Of a stretch of 64,000 nt of DNA, positions 25,647-38,187 are shown in pieces. The DNA lies in the NCBI RefSeq assembly GCF_006345805.1, contig NC_043004.1:81840001-81904000 (forward strand). The letters run 5' to 3'. How positions within the stretch are numbered: the first letter of the stretch is position 1; each line of letters opens with the position of its first letter. The position numbers were made by a program, and so were the translations under genes. The notes under the pieces were generated by a model, which was not told where the DNA came from, did not search any database, and worked only from the letters and a program-made list of their open reading frames with translations. The stretch is from Octopus sinensis (lineage: Eukaryota).

Positions 25647-25729
25647 TTTTCGACATATGTTTCGAAGGCAGCATATTCCTAATTTCGAAGGAATAAGGAG
25701 TGCATTATGCCGCCTTCTCATCAGTAAAA
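25647..25729 (-). ncRNA. Type-I hammerhead ribozyme motif, second tandem copy
   Basis: UUUUA CUGAUGA GAAGGC..GCCUUC GAAA CAUAUG UC^GAAAA; core intact, A.G mismatch at the first stem I pair. Confidence 0.8.
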
Positions 25730-26525
25730 CATTATCGCTATGGGCTCCGTGTGGGCAGTCATCTAAACGTTTTTGTGCATCTTGATGCTGACATAAGTTC
25801 CTTGTTTTTCTGACGTGAATTTGCTACTCAGGTATTGGTTAACCGAATTATCCATAATAAGATAATTCATTCAACTACTCAACTTCTTTATATATATACA
25901 TATATATATAAATATATCTTTGGCATATGTGTATCTAAACCAAAAAATAAAAATGTCGGAGACAAATCTGAAGAATATCTCGAAGACCGTTTCTTGTAAG
26001 TGAATCAATTATTATCATGTATTCTATTTCGGTTGAGATTCAATGTCTACTACAAGACTGTGATGATGGTGCGACTAGGGGCGTGATGGCGGTCGCGGTG
26101 TCGCTTTGTCCGGTGTAAAGTTATGAGGAAAGGGGAATTCTATTTGAAACCGTGTGTGTTTGTGTTTGTGTATGTGTGTGTGTATTCATATATGTTTCGT
26201 TAGAAAGTCTAGCTGAAAGTAGGACGTATGTCTGAGTGTATATAAGTATGTCTGTGTGTGTATGTGTATGTGTGTGTGTGAGTGTGTGTGTGTGCATGTG
26301 TGTGTGCTTGCGTGAGTATGTGTGTGTGAGTGTGTGTGTATGTATCTGTGATGCATGTACGACATAGATATATGCATCTATGTGTATATACACAAACATA
26401 AATATATGGATGTATATATAATATATATGATGTAATATATATGTATATATAAGCATGTGTATATATATATACATATATACATACACGCGTGTACGTAATT
26501 ATATATGCTTATGTCTATTTATAGG

Positions 26526-26598
<73 letters not shown>

Positions 26599-26698
26599 AT
26601 GTATGTATGTATGTATGTATGTATCTATCTATCTATCTATCTACATTGGCTTATTCGTTTTTAGTCTCGCCCAGAGATACAGCAAAGCAACAAAGCAC

Positions 26699-26739
<41 letters not shown>

Positions 26740-27109
26740 AAAAATAAACTGAAGTTGGTTCATTGCAACAAACCTAATTTCATAAAAGCTTTGCATAGCA
26801 AAAGAGTCCATCTGAAGATTATTCTTTTCAGAGATTCTCACAACATAAGAATTCTCCCCTGTTTTGTCTGCTCCCCTCTCACTCCATAAAATTTCTCCAT
26901 CACATATTATGTTGTTTTTCTCTTCTTTATTTCCTGTTTTTCCTCTCGAAAAAAGTTTCCTTTTCTGACTTCCACAATAAATTTCTTATTTGCATTCATT
27001 ATTTCTCTTTACCACTGTTTGACTCTCTCTCTCTCTCTCTCTCTCTCTCCACGGGTCCACACGTATAGAGATGCACATCCATACATACAAACATGGTACC
27101 TAGTTGCAA

Positions 27110-27215
27110 CACACACACAGACATGCGCACACATACAGACATGCACACACACAGACATGCACACACATACAGACATGCACACACACAGACATGCACACAC
27201 ACAGACATGCACACA
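27110..27215. repeat. Minisatellite, about 6 x 16-18 bp (cacacacagacatgc)
   Basis: Directly visible. Confidence 0.9.
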
Positions 27216-27633
27216 CAAGGAGACAGAGGTGCATACACATACAAACACACGCTCACACTCACATACGTAGAAACTACACAAACACGGACATGCAAGCACA
27301 TGAATATACAGAATACATGCATACAGATGCACACACATACATACATTTATACATATGCATACACACATATATATACACACACATACATACATACATACAT
27401 ACATACATACATACATACATACATGCATGTATGCATAGGCACACACACACACAGACCCACACACATGCGCACAAACAAGCAAAAAGGAACGCAGTGTGAA
27501 AAACGGACTTGAAAAGGTTGCAAGACGTAACGAAAATTTTAGGAAAATAAAAATAAGAAATAAGTGGAAATTTTACCGGTAAGTGTGTTAAATTATAAGG
27601 CACAAAAGGAATGATTCTCCCCAGACACTACAG

Positions 27634-27701
<68 letters not shown>

Positions 27702-27704
27702 TAA

Positions 27705-27757
<53 letters not shown>

Positions 27758-27769
27758 ATGTATTATATA

Positions 27770-28045
27770 AAGAACTTTTGCGTAATGAGATAAAAACCCA
27801 AGGCTGTGTAGATATTATAACATTTATAGCTAGAAGGTCTTACAGCTGTTTCCAGGATATTTCTTAATTATATCCCTTCATCGGAGACGGTGTGAGAGGA
27901 TGGTTAAGTAATAATTATTTTAGATAGGATACAAAATAGAGAGCGAGGTGGAGGAAAGAAAATAGATGTGAGATATGTAGCGATATTGAAGTTGTAGATC
28001 CATTTTTAAGCAGAATGTTATATATGTAAGTTTCCAATACCTTAT
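27770..28045 (-). mobile_element. Penelope-like 3' end fragment next to (TA)n
   Basis: Contains the hammerhead motif at 27837-27888; no coding sequence read. Confidence 0.55.
27837..27888 (-). ncRNA. Type-I hammerhead motif, variant core
   Basis: GUCU CCGAUGA AGGGAUAU-aauuaagaa-AUAUCCU G GAAA CAGCUG UA^AGAC; U4 is C, extra G before GAAA. Confidence 0.65.
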
Positions 28046-28046
28046 G

Positions 28047-28440
28047 AGCGGGGGTGGGATTTGAACTGTTATCCTCATTAAGAGGAAAAAAATATTATTG
28101 GTTTCCCGTTTTGGGGGATAATCAATTTATTATTGTGTGAAAATTTTAATTTTAGCCGTTGTAGGCTCTATTGTGGCACCCCGCCCCTAGCGGGGGGTGA
28201 GATTTGAACTGTTGTCCTCGTTGTGAGGATAAAAAACAACATATTATAGGTTTCCCGTTTTTTGGGATGCCGTATTTTTATCATTGTGTGAAAATTTTTA
28301 TTTCGAACGATGTAGGCTTTGTTATGTCTCCCCACCTCAGCGGGGGTGGGATTTGAACAGTTGTCCTCGTTGAAAAGGAAAAAAAAAGTAAAAAATTATA
28401 GGTTTCCCGTTTTCTGGGATTAAATTGTGTATAAATTTAT
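28047..28440. repeat. Three tandem 142-150 bp units
   Basis: Units start agcgggggtg(g/a)gatttgaac at 28047, 28189, 28339. Confidence 0.9.
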
Positions 28441-28451
28441 TTCGAACGAAT

Positions 28452-28762
28452 ATGTCGGTCGAAATAATTTCAGAGAAAAATTCACTGGAAGAGCCAGTTA
28501 AGAAATTTTCAGCAGTTACTGCGGTGGCTACTGAAAACGTTGAACTACCAAAGGAAAAGCTCTCTGAGCTTCTTGAAAAAATGGAAGAAGAGGGGATCGT
28601 GATATAAAAATATCACCCTCACCTAGTGTTGAAAAATTGAAAAGAAGGACAGTTGTTTTCAAAACATATCGTCCTTTAACAAAGAAATTTAAGCACTTTG
28701 AGCAGTGCAAAACTGAAGAATGTCTGGCTCCCATATGGGAAGACATAACGTATATAGCGAGG
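28452..28762 (+). pseudogene. Possible LINE (L1/Tx1-like) ORF1 N-terminus, disrupted
   Basis: ATG at 28452: MSVEIISEKNSLEEPVKKFSAVTAVATENVELPKEKLSELLEKMEEEGIVI, continuing across a frameshift to PSPSVEKLKRRTVVFKTY; family not confirmed. Confidence 0.35.
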
Positions 28763-28765
28763 GTG

Positions 28766-28935
28766 GATCTTTTCGCTTTGACCGGCAGATTTTTAAAATA
28801 ATTTCTTTGTAACTAAACATCTTTTTCTCTTGGCTTTCTTGAGAAAATTCTGTGGTTTGTAAGATATTTGGTCTTTAATTTCTTGCATTTCGGCAATTTC
28901 AACCAATTAATGATGTCGATTGAGGTGAATTCAAT
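28766..28935 (-). mobile_element. Partial copy of the 10737-11154 MITE
   Basis: ggatcttttcgctttgaccggcag TIR followed by the reverse complement of the MITE right interior. Confidence 0.8.
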
Positions 28936-28948
28936 TTCTGCCGCAAAC

Positions 28949-29248
28949 ATTCTTTGGGGTTTAATTCACCTCTGGAAACATGGGTGTTTCGTTGAACATC
29001 CTTAAACAATCCTTATTCAGGAACATTTTGAGCAGAGTGAGATACTCAACTTGAAGAAAATTCTAACCGGGCCCCACTTGCAAGGTCATGCGCTGTTTAT
29101 TTTGATATGAGATCATCATGTCTCGCACATATGGTTGTGATGCAAGTGCCTGGTGTACCCTTAATAGACGGGTAGTCATGATGGGTATACTGGACTTCGT
29201 ATATTTTATCCCAGTGTCACTTTGATGGCATGCACTGCTCTCTCACTC

Positions 29249-29249
<1 letters not shown>
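28949..29249 (+). mobile_element. Family 7 non-coding element, 5'-truncated
   Basis: Reverse complement of about 20121-20430; ends ctctcactca-(AAT)n. Confidence 0.85.
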
Positions 29250-29290
<41 letters not shown>

Positions 29291-29502
29291 CTTTTCTACT
29301 TAAGGCACAAGGCCCGAAATTTGGGTGGAGGGGACCAGTCGATTAGATCAACTCCAGTACGCAACTGATACTTAATTTATCGACTCCGAAAAGATCAAAA
29401 GCAAAATCGAACTCGGCGGAAGTTTAACTCAGAACGTAGACAGACGAAATACCGCTAAGATTTTCGTCTGGCATGCTATGGTTTCTGCCAGGTCGCCGCC
29501 TT
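29291..29502 (-). mobile_element. SINE family B2
   Basis: Full head-core-tail on the minus strand. Confidence 0.85.
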
Positions 29503-29503
29503 C

Positions 29504-29537
<34 letters not shown>

Positions 29538-29554
29538 GTAATAATAATAACAAA

Positions 29555-29920
29555 AAGAGCACTCAGAGAGTGCAAACCTCCGCCAAGGCAACACCAACGT
29601 CCTCTCAACGATTAGCTAGAGATGATTTTTAAAATGAAAATATCTGAAATAAATTCGATTGCTCTCATAAACGCGAATGCTAAAAGTGAACCCGACTGCT
29701 CTAAAAAATTAAGTAAAAAAAAAAACTGGAAAACTAATCCAGAATCCTTGTTCGGTACTGGATCGATCCACAAATCTAATCCGTTCGTGCTAGTCACGAA
29801 GCCAAACATCCCTGAACGTTTCATCTGGATCCATCCAGCGGTTCTTAAGATATCTTGTCCACAGACTAACAAACAAACGCGACTGAAAACAACACCTCTG
29901 CTTTCACCAAGACAGAAGTA
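29555..29920 (-). mobile_element. Helentron-type non-autonomous element, insert-free form
   Basis: Perfect terminal hairpin gcactc-aga-gagtgc (29559-29573), subTIR cctccgccaag, body homologous to 20721-21692. Confidence 0.8.
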
Positions 29921-29954
29921 ATAATAATAACAGCAGCAGTAGCAATAATAATGA

Positions 29955-30158
29955 TTTCGAATTTTGGCAGTAATTTTGGGGGAGTGGGTAAATCGATTAA
30001 ATCGACCCCAGTGTTTCACTGGTACTTATTTTATTGACCCTGAAAGGATAAAAGTCAAAGTCGACCTCAGCAGAATTCGAACTCACAACGTAAAGATGGA
30101 CAAAATGCAGCTAATCATTTTGCCCGGCGTGTTAACGATTCTGCCAGTTCGTCGTCTT
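29955..30158 (-). mobile_element. SINE family B2
   Basis: atcgaccccagtg, aaagtcgacctc, gattctgccagttcg motifs. Confidence 0.8.
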
Positions 30159-30227
30159 AACAACAAAAGCAACAACAACAACAACAACAACAACAACAGT
30201 AGCAGCAACAACAACAAGAAGACAAAT

Positions 30228-30597
30228 TAAGTAAATATAAGGACCTAGAAATTGAAATACAAAAGATGTGGCATCTTAAAGCGAGAAATGATCCTGTTAT
30301 TGTGTGTGCCCTTGCTATGATGATAAAGGGATGTCAGAAACATCTAGATATTATCCCAGGAGAACCATGTTTCAGAGAAATCCAAAAGATTGTGCTGACA
30401 AGTATTTCCCACATCCTTAGAAAATCCTATCAATTTAAATGTCTGTGTTGTATTACATGAAGATATTTCGCTACTGTCCCTGTCACTTGCCCTCGGCAAG
30501 CTTTCAGTCATACTGTAACATCTCTTATCCTTCACTCGCCCTCGGACACTGGGTGTGTCTCGGCGAGTGATTGTAACAAACATGCAGATTAAAATTA

Positions 30598-30598
<1 letters not shown>
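30228..30598 (+). mobile_element. R4/Dong family 4, 3' fragment
   Basis: KYKDLEIEIQKMWHLKARNDPVIVCAL; 3'UTR matches the reverse complement of 18282-18660; AAT tail. Confidence 0.9.
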
Positions 30599-30660
<62 letters not shown>

Positions 30661-30664
30661 AATA

Positions 30665-30703
<39 letters not shown>

Positions 30704-30902
30704 CCCTTTCTATTATAGGCACAAGGTCTGAGACTTTGGGTGTGGGGATAAGTCGATTATATCGACCCCAGTGTTTCACTGGTACTTAATTTATGGACCT
30801 CGAAAATGTAAAAGGCAAAGTTGACCCCGGCGGAATTTGAACTCAGAACGTAGCGACGAAAATTTGTCCGGTGTGCTAACGATTCTGCCAGGTCACCATC
30901 TT
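30704..30902 (-). mobile_element. SINE family B2
   Basis: Same motifs as other B2 copies. Confidence 0.8.
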
Positions 30903-30925
30903 AATACTAATACTAATAATGATGG

Positions 30926-30988
<63 letters not shown>

Positions 30989-30998
30989 CGACGACGAC

Positions 30999-31050
<52 letters not shown>

Positions 31051-33574
31051 TAAAAATTCTTATTATACATGAAAAACCTTATCGCACGACTCATCTGTAT
31101 TCGGCTATAAAAAAAAACACGCTACAAAAAATAGCTGAAAGATATTGTCTTACGTTTTCCTGTTGTGATTATTTACAGAAAAAAACCCCAATTGTACACA
31201 TCACATCTCACACGCACGAATTACAAAAGATTTTTCTCTGTAAAAATACAACGTTCATACACGTGTTCGACATGATAAGGAAAAACCAAGAATAAAGAAC
31301 GTCATACATATCTCCAACACGCACGCATACATCTCCACACACACACACACACACACACACACGTATGCATTTATACACAACTTACTCATATACGCTCACG
31401 CTCGCTGGCTTTTACAAACACGCTCTCAGATACAAAGTAGCATAAATTTGACAAATATGTTTAACGATGATCTATGCACTGATTATTTCTCCTTTTACAA
31501 CACAAATTATTGATAGAAAATAAATAACTCAAGGACACCGTCTGCATGAAAAAAATTTAGCTAAGTTCAAATACAAAACTCAGGGAACTTTAAAAAGATG
31601 TTACTAAGAATTATGAGTTGTAGAAGGGAAACGACTTTGAAATTGTTTCCAGCTTAGGTACAAGCCCCCAAGCTTTGAAGGGTGTAAGCGTTGTGGTTGA
31701 TTATATCAGTCCCAGTACATGTGAACTTTAAAACATTTAACTAACAAAATTTCCATACTAATACCTCTGTGACACACTTAAGTGATAAGCAAGACTCCCT
31801 CTATATAAGCAGGTGAAAACCCTTAAAAATTCCAACTTGCCGAATAACTAAACCTTATTACCTTTTTACATTCTTCTGGGAACCTTAAATACCAATCAGC
31901 TAAAAGTTGACAAACCCAGTAATCACACCTAATTACAAAGGTTAAAATGCTGGGCTGAACACTAAGATTTAACTTTCACATTCTCAAAACAAATGGTAAA
32001 TATCCTATTAGTATCTGAATAAAACCTACAACAACAAAACCAAGAGAAGGATCTGCTGACCAACAGCCCAACTACATTCTTTTGTGAACTCCTATGACCA
32101 GAAGATGACATATCTAAACACACACATCAAATTACAAAAACTAGACATGCATGAATAATTTCTAACAATAACACTTCCCCAAATTTAATCAATAAAGATT
32201 TTCAATAAAACCCTTTCAGCACAACGTGTCATACAGTCTAATTATCATTCAATAGAACTCAGCTGACCACAGAACAATTTTCGATCCCAAGCAAATTTGA
32301 TTGAAGTAGGATTTGAACTAAAAAACTAAAGAACTTTAAGAAATACTACAGGCGTTTTTCCGATGCTCTCACGATTTTGCTTGCTGGGCGCTTCAAAGCA
32401 ATTTTATTATAATGATGACTGTGTAATATGTATATATATAATTAAAGTCTCCCACTCATTCTGTCACCGTCGCCCACCAAGTCAGTCAAATTGTAGAAAT
32501 TTCGATCAGTAGCGAGTCCAATAACAAAACAAATCTCATCAGCAGACCACTACTCAAGATTGAACCAGGAACTTTTAAATCTTCAACTCCGATGCTCTTT
32601 TATTTTGCTTGTGTATGAATTGAATATAATTTCTCTCATAGTTGAGGATCGGCACGTCAGACTTAGAAACCGCTCCGCGCCCGTTCCTGTTCTGTTTGTG
32701 ACGAATGACGCCGATGGCCCTCAAGCTCTCTTCCGACTGAATTTAACAACGGGGTTGACTCACTTAGTATTTGTTCTTCACTCTTCGCAGGAATTAGCTA
32801 TGAGGAGGACTCAATAGGTGAGTTTGACAAATTTCTTTGTTGCGAGGAGTGCGCAGTTTAACGTTTCGAGTATTAGTCATCGTCTGATAGTATCAGCGTA
32901 AAAAATAGAATTATCCGGAGAACAAACAGTAGCTAGTTTATAAATATAAGTTTGGTGGGAGATAACTGAAGCGTTCAAATAAACTGACAACCAGTTTCTA
33001 TATCTTGGCTCATTAAAGAAGAGGAATAAACAGAGAATTGGCGGAGCCGATAGAAGCGTCGGATAGAATGTATTTATTCTGGATTTCTGCGTTCTCAGTT
33101 TAAATTCTGACGAGGTCAACTTAGCTTTTTATCCCCTCGGGGGTTGATAAAGTTGCAATCCAGGTTGGCAGATTGGCGTAATTGTAAGATGTTTTGTAGT
33201 TTCGTATCTTTGGTTCTGAGTTTAAAAAATTCCTAATCAGGGATTTAAATGATTTTATTGGTCATGTCCTTGCGGCTTATGCACTGGCACAAGACATTAT
33301 AGTGGACCACTATACAGAAGTACTGACATCTCTTTGCAATCGGACAATCCTCTTCCGCCGTTCTAACACAGCCGTGCTACGGACACAGGGGATTTACAAA
33401 AGATTTAGAGAGGCTTTGAAGACCAATTTTTTTAATACGATTTTATTCCAAACCAAGCTTGAGGCTACTGCATCGTAAGGGGCCACAAAGAAAAAAACAA
33501 AAAACAGAAGGGATCTGCAAATCCCAAAGATGCCGATCGACAGAAAACTTAAAGGAGTTAGTATCGTAGACCAC

Positions 33575-33698
33575 AAGGCACGTGACTTAGTAGTTGGGGT
33601 ATTCAGCTCACGATGGCAATGTCGTGAGTTCGATTACAGGCGGCCGTTGTGTCCTTGAGTAAGACACTTTCTTTCATGTTACTCTAATCCACTCAACT
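33575..33698 (+). mobile_element. SINE family D head (tRNA plus CORE-like)
   Basis: gtgacttagtagttggggtattc, gagttcgatt B box, tgtgtccttgagtaagacactt CORE-like segment. Confidence 0.65.
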
Positions 33699-34064
33699 TC
33701 TTCTTCTTCTTCTTCTTTCCTCGTCCTCCTCGTCTTCGTCGTCCTCCCCTCCTCCCCCCCCCCCCCCCCCTCCTCCCCCATCCTCCCCTCCTCCCCCGCC
33801 CCTCCCCCTCCTCCCCTCCTCCTTCTCCCTCCTTTCCTCCCTCTCCCTCTTCTCCTCCCTCCTCCCCTCCTCCATTTAACTGGTGACAATAATTCACGAA
33901 ACTCATCATTCTCTCTCTCTTTTACTTTCCTTTCTTCTTGTCTTCTTTTCCCCCCTTAACAGAATCTCGAAGCAACTGTAGCAAACAAAAACAACAGTCG
34001 TACGAACGAAGACGAAATACTAACTGCTGTTACTATTACTATAACTGTAAACAAGAGATTATTA

Positions 34065-34142
<78 letters not shown>

Positions 34143-35282
34143 CAGAAAGAGAAATGAGGAGGGGTTTGTGATGGGTTGGAAGAAGGTTACAGTAAAACCG
34201 ACTGATTACGGATGATAAAGATGGATAAAGACTGATTCTTAGATATTAATTCTTGCTTTTGGTCATACAGCTTGATTCAATAAAGCGCGAGACAATAATA
34301 TATTGAAATACCATTGTTCTCAATGTGACTGTTTTTTGTCTTTTAAAAAGAAAGAAAAACATGGTTAGTTGTATTATTGGTGAAACTGTAATATTATCCA
34401 TTGTTCTCCGTGCGACTGGTTTTTGAACGGAAAAGGGTTAGATTTTTTGGGTTTTTAATAATTTCATTTTCTTTAATAAATTAGACTGGAAATTTTGTAG
34501 TTACTTGGTTACATAGAAAATGCCAGCGGCAAAACGATTGTGTGCATAAGGAACCGGTGTGCATCCGACCCTTTGTGAGCCAATTACTGATATGACTTCG
34601 GGAGGTTTGGGCGTTAAGGGAGGAAAGAAAAAAAGACAAATGAAAGGTATTAGCTTGTATTGTCATTACGGTTACGTCCCGCTTACTTGCAATGATTAAA
34701 GTATAATGATCAAGAGTTTAGGAATAAGCTTTATTAAATTAATGTAAGATTAATGTTCGTCCCACCCTATTAACGTTATACATAAAGTGAATTAAATTAG
34801 TTTGCTGCGAGGAAGAGGAGGCGCCTAACGTTTCGGGGAGGATTCTACTTCAGGGGAAATGGGAAAGGTTTTTTTCTTTTCTCTTCTTCATATATATATA
34901 TATGCGCCGCTGCATACACACACACACACACACGCACACGCACACACACACACACCACACACATACATATATACACATACATATATATATATATACGTAT
35001 ATATACATACATACATATATATATATATATACATATAATACATATTATATATATACATATATATATACATATATATATAAATATATAATATATATATATA
35101 CATATATATATATATACATATATATATACATATACACACACACACACAACATACACACACACAACACACACACACACACACCACATATATATAGTATTTA
35201 TATATATATATTAAGGTATATATATCTACTTTATCAATTCGTTTTGCAAGATTCCTGATGAGAAATCGTGTGTTGGAACAAA

Positions 35283-37054
35283 ATTGTACTTCGGATGGTC
35301 ATTTTTTATTTATTATTATTTTTTTGCCAAATAAAAACACGCACAATATATATTTTTTTCATTTGTTTATTACTATTATTTTATTATTTTTATTATTTTG
35401 ATGCCTGTCAATTATCCGGAAATCTTTCGACACACATCTGTGACCTCTTCAGCGACACTTTTCGTTTCCGTGTGTGTTCTTACTCCACTCACTCCATTCT
35501 GTTCGTCTAAGATGTGTATCTTTATGTACGCATGCGTTTGTGTGTGTGTGTGCGTGGGTATATATGTGTGTGTTATGCTTGTGTATGTGTGTCATAGTTT
35601 ATAGCAGCAGTGTGGCCTTTCCTTCAGCCCCAAACATTCACCCTATTGTGCCTCTCCACTACTTTAATTCGTAGATTAGTCTTACTTAAAGTTTTAGTCG
35701 TAGTGAGGAGGCCTGGTGCTCCTTTAAAATCCCTGTTCTGCAATACCTATCCCTTTGATAAATACCCCTGTACAGAGTGCAATTGTATTATATGTAGGAT
35801 GAACCCACAGGTTAATTGTAAGGTTAGGAATGTAGTGTATAGCTTACGATGTATTGAGCGACGGTACAGAAACATGACAACTACCTATATAGAAGAGACT
35901 GCACGCAGCATAGGAGAGCATATAGATGGACATTGGCGAGAACTCAAAGAAGGGAGAAGCTCGCCAGTGCTCTAGCAACATGCTCTGGCAGAACATGGAG
36001 GCTCTATTGATAACATAGAAGTTAAAGTACTATTGACACATAGAACTGACACGACACTTAGACAGATTACACACAAAACCGTAGACAGACCAAGCCTCAA
36101 TAGAAAACATGAATGGAACAGTAACACCCACAACCACACCACATGACTACCCACAAGGGGCTAAACGTAGACAGTAGGGATGGGAAGAGAGAGGAAGGAA
36201 GGAAAGAACCCCGTAAATAACACACAGATATATACAGAGTAATACACACACAATAGACATATATGCACTTACCTGTAATACGTATGAGAAATAGAGATAG
36301 ATGCATAAAAAACAGGTAAATAAATAAAGTAAATAAATAAATATATAAATAGATAAATAATCGAATATATAAATATATCTGCCACATACCTGTGATAAAT
36401 GTAAGACAGAGATAGATAAAATAAATAAAGGAATCTATATAAAGGGCAATGGATACATACGAAGCAAACCCATGCATACACGCAACCACACACATGACAC
36501 CTCATGGACGGTCATATGATGTCAACAACACAACTAACGCGGTCAGCAGCAAGAGGAACAGCAGCGGTGCCGACGATGGCAATAAGAACAACAATAACTA
36601 CCACGGTGGCAACACTGTGGACGAACAAACATACACAGGGGAATACAAGAAATGTACCTTCTCTTTTTTCTCTTAGGACAGAAGCAGCACAGTGGGGTGA
36701 GAGGATGGGGCTGAGGTGAAGCCCCACACTGTTGATATAAACTATGACAGACACAAACAAGCACACACACATACACACATACGCACGCACACACGCACAC
36801 GCGCACACAAACAAACAAGAGCACAAACGCATGCGCACATAAAGATAGACAACTTAGAAGAACAGAATGGAGGGAATGGAGCAAGAACATACACGGACAC
36901 GAAAAGTGTCACCAAGAGGTCACAGATGTGTGATGAAAGATTTCCGGATAATGCATAGGTGTCAAAATAATAAAAATTACAGTAATAAACAAGCGAAGAA
37001 AAAATATAGTGTGTGTGTTTATTTGGCAAGAAAAAAAAATGACCATCCCGAAGT

Positions 37055-37059
<5 letters not shown>
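35283..37059 (+). mobile_element. 5'-truncated Penelope-like element with an inverted terminal repeat
   Basis: GIY-YIG remnant NVVYSLRC..TYIEETARSIGEHIDGH..HALAEH (about 35770-36120); 35283-35650 is a diverged reverse complement of 36687-37059; TA tracts nearby. Confidence 0.8.
35406..35458 (-). ncRNA. Degenerate hammerhead-like motif in the inverted PLE end
   Basis: GUGUCG CUGAAGA gguc..uguc GAAA gauuuccggauaau..gaca; cores intact, cleavage site and stem I imperfect. Confidence 0.4.
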
Positions 37060-37140
<81 letters not shown>

Positions 37141-37182
37141 TATACATTATACATATATGTATATTATATACACCTCACACAC

Positions 37183-37240
<58 letters not shown>

Positions 37241-37479
37241 TTAATAAATAAAACATATGCATATATATACTATATGTACGTACTTACCTCTACATGTATA
37301 TATACACGCATATATGAGTACAGGACACCAAAAAAAAAAAAAACGTCGAACCCAATGAGAAACGAAAACATAGACACAAACCCAAGGAACTGGACATTTT
37401 TCTTAAACAACAAAAAAATAGAGTACAGGACAATTAACACAAGGAAAAAAAAACCTTCTTCAGTACATATATATGTATA

Positions 37480-37637
37480 TATTTCTTTACTACCCACAAG
37501 GGGCTAAACGTAGAGGGGACAAACAAGGACAGACAAAGGGATTAAGTCGATTACATGACCCCAGTGCGAAACTGGTACTTTATTTATCGACCCCGAAAGG
37601 ATGACAGCCAAAGTCGACCTCGGCGGAATTTGAACTC
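37480..37637 (-). mobile_element. SINE family B1, 5'-truncated
   Basis: Tail and core match 45991-46205. Confidence 0.85.
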
Positions 37638-37772
37638 GAACCAACATTGCTGTGCAATTCGTCAAAAGTTTGTGAAACTTAGAGAAACGTCAAAAGGCAT
37701 CAGTCGAATACATTCATTACGATCTATACCTTGTATAAGTACTCTTGCTCTTGTCTAATATAAACGATTATA

Positions 37773-37879
<107 letters not shown>

Positions 37880-37944
37880 CATACATACGTACATATATGC
37901 TCACAGTCCGATAAAAACCATATATATAATGCACATACATACAT

Positions 37945-38185
37945 ATATGCTCACAGTCTTTTGGGTTCAGCGCACAATGATGATGGATTTCCAGGCAAAG
38001 GGCACCACAATTAACGAAGCATATTATGCTTCTCTGCTGCAGAAATTGCGGGTCACCATCAAAGCAGAGAGGCATGGCATGCTGACCCAAGGAGTTGTCC
38101 TTTTCTAAGACAACGCCCCATTTACAATGCGGATGTTGCCCAGATGAACGCACACTAATGCGACTATGAAATCCTTCCTCGTATA
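37945..38185 (+). mobile_element. Mariner transposase internal fragment
   Basis: MLTVFW..DFQAKGTTINEAYYASLLQKLRVTIKAERHGMLTQGVVLF*DNAP, the region around the second catalytic Asp. Confidence 0.85.
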
Positions 38186-38187
38186 TC

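Larger units (their letters stand above)
24575..25882. repeat. Tandem duplication, units 24575-25220 and 25221-25882
   Basis: Each unit has the transposon right end, TA/CA microsatellites and an about 280-bp PLE-like end with a hammerhead; units differ by about 8-10 substitutions plus microsatellite length. Confidence 0.95.

Noticed and set aside
32495-32545. CUGAUGA..GAAA on the minus strand as a hammerhead
   Set aside because: Stem III and stem I do not pair.
35250-35300. Plus-strand CUGAUGA near the PLE left end
   Set aside because: No downstream GAAA or stem I partner.
37945-38185. Domesticated mariner (SETMAR-like) exon
   Set aside because: In-frame stop just before DNAP; short fragment between a microsatellite and a SINE.
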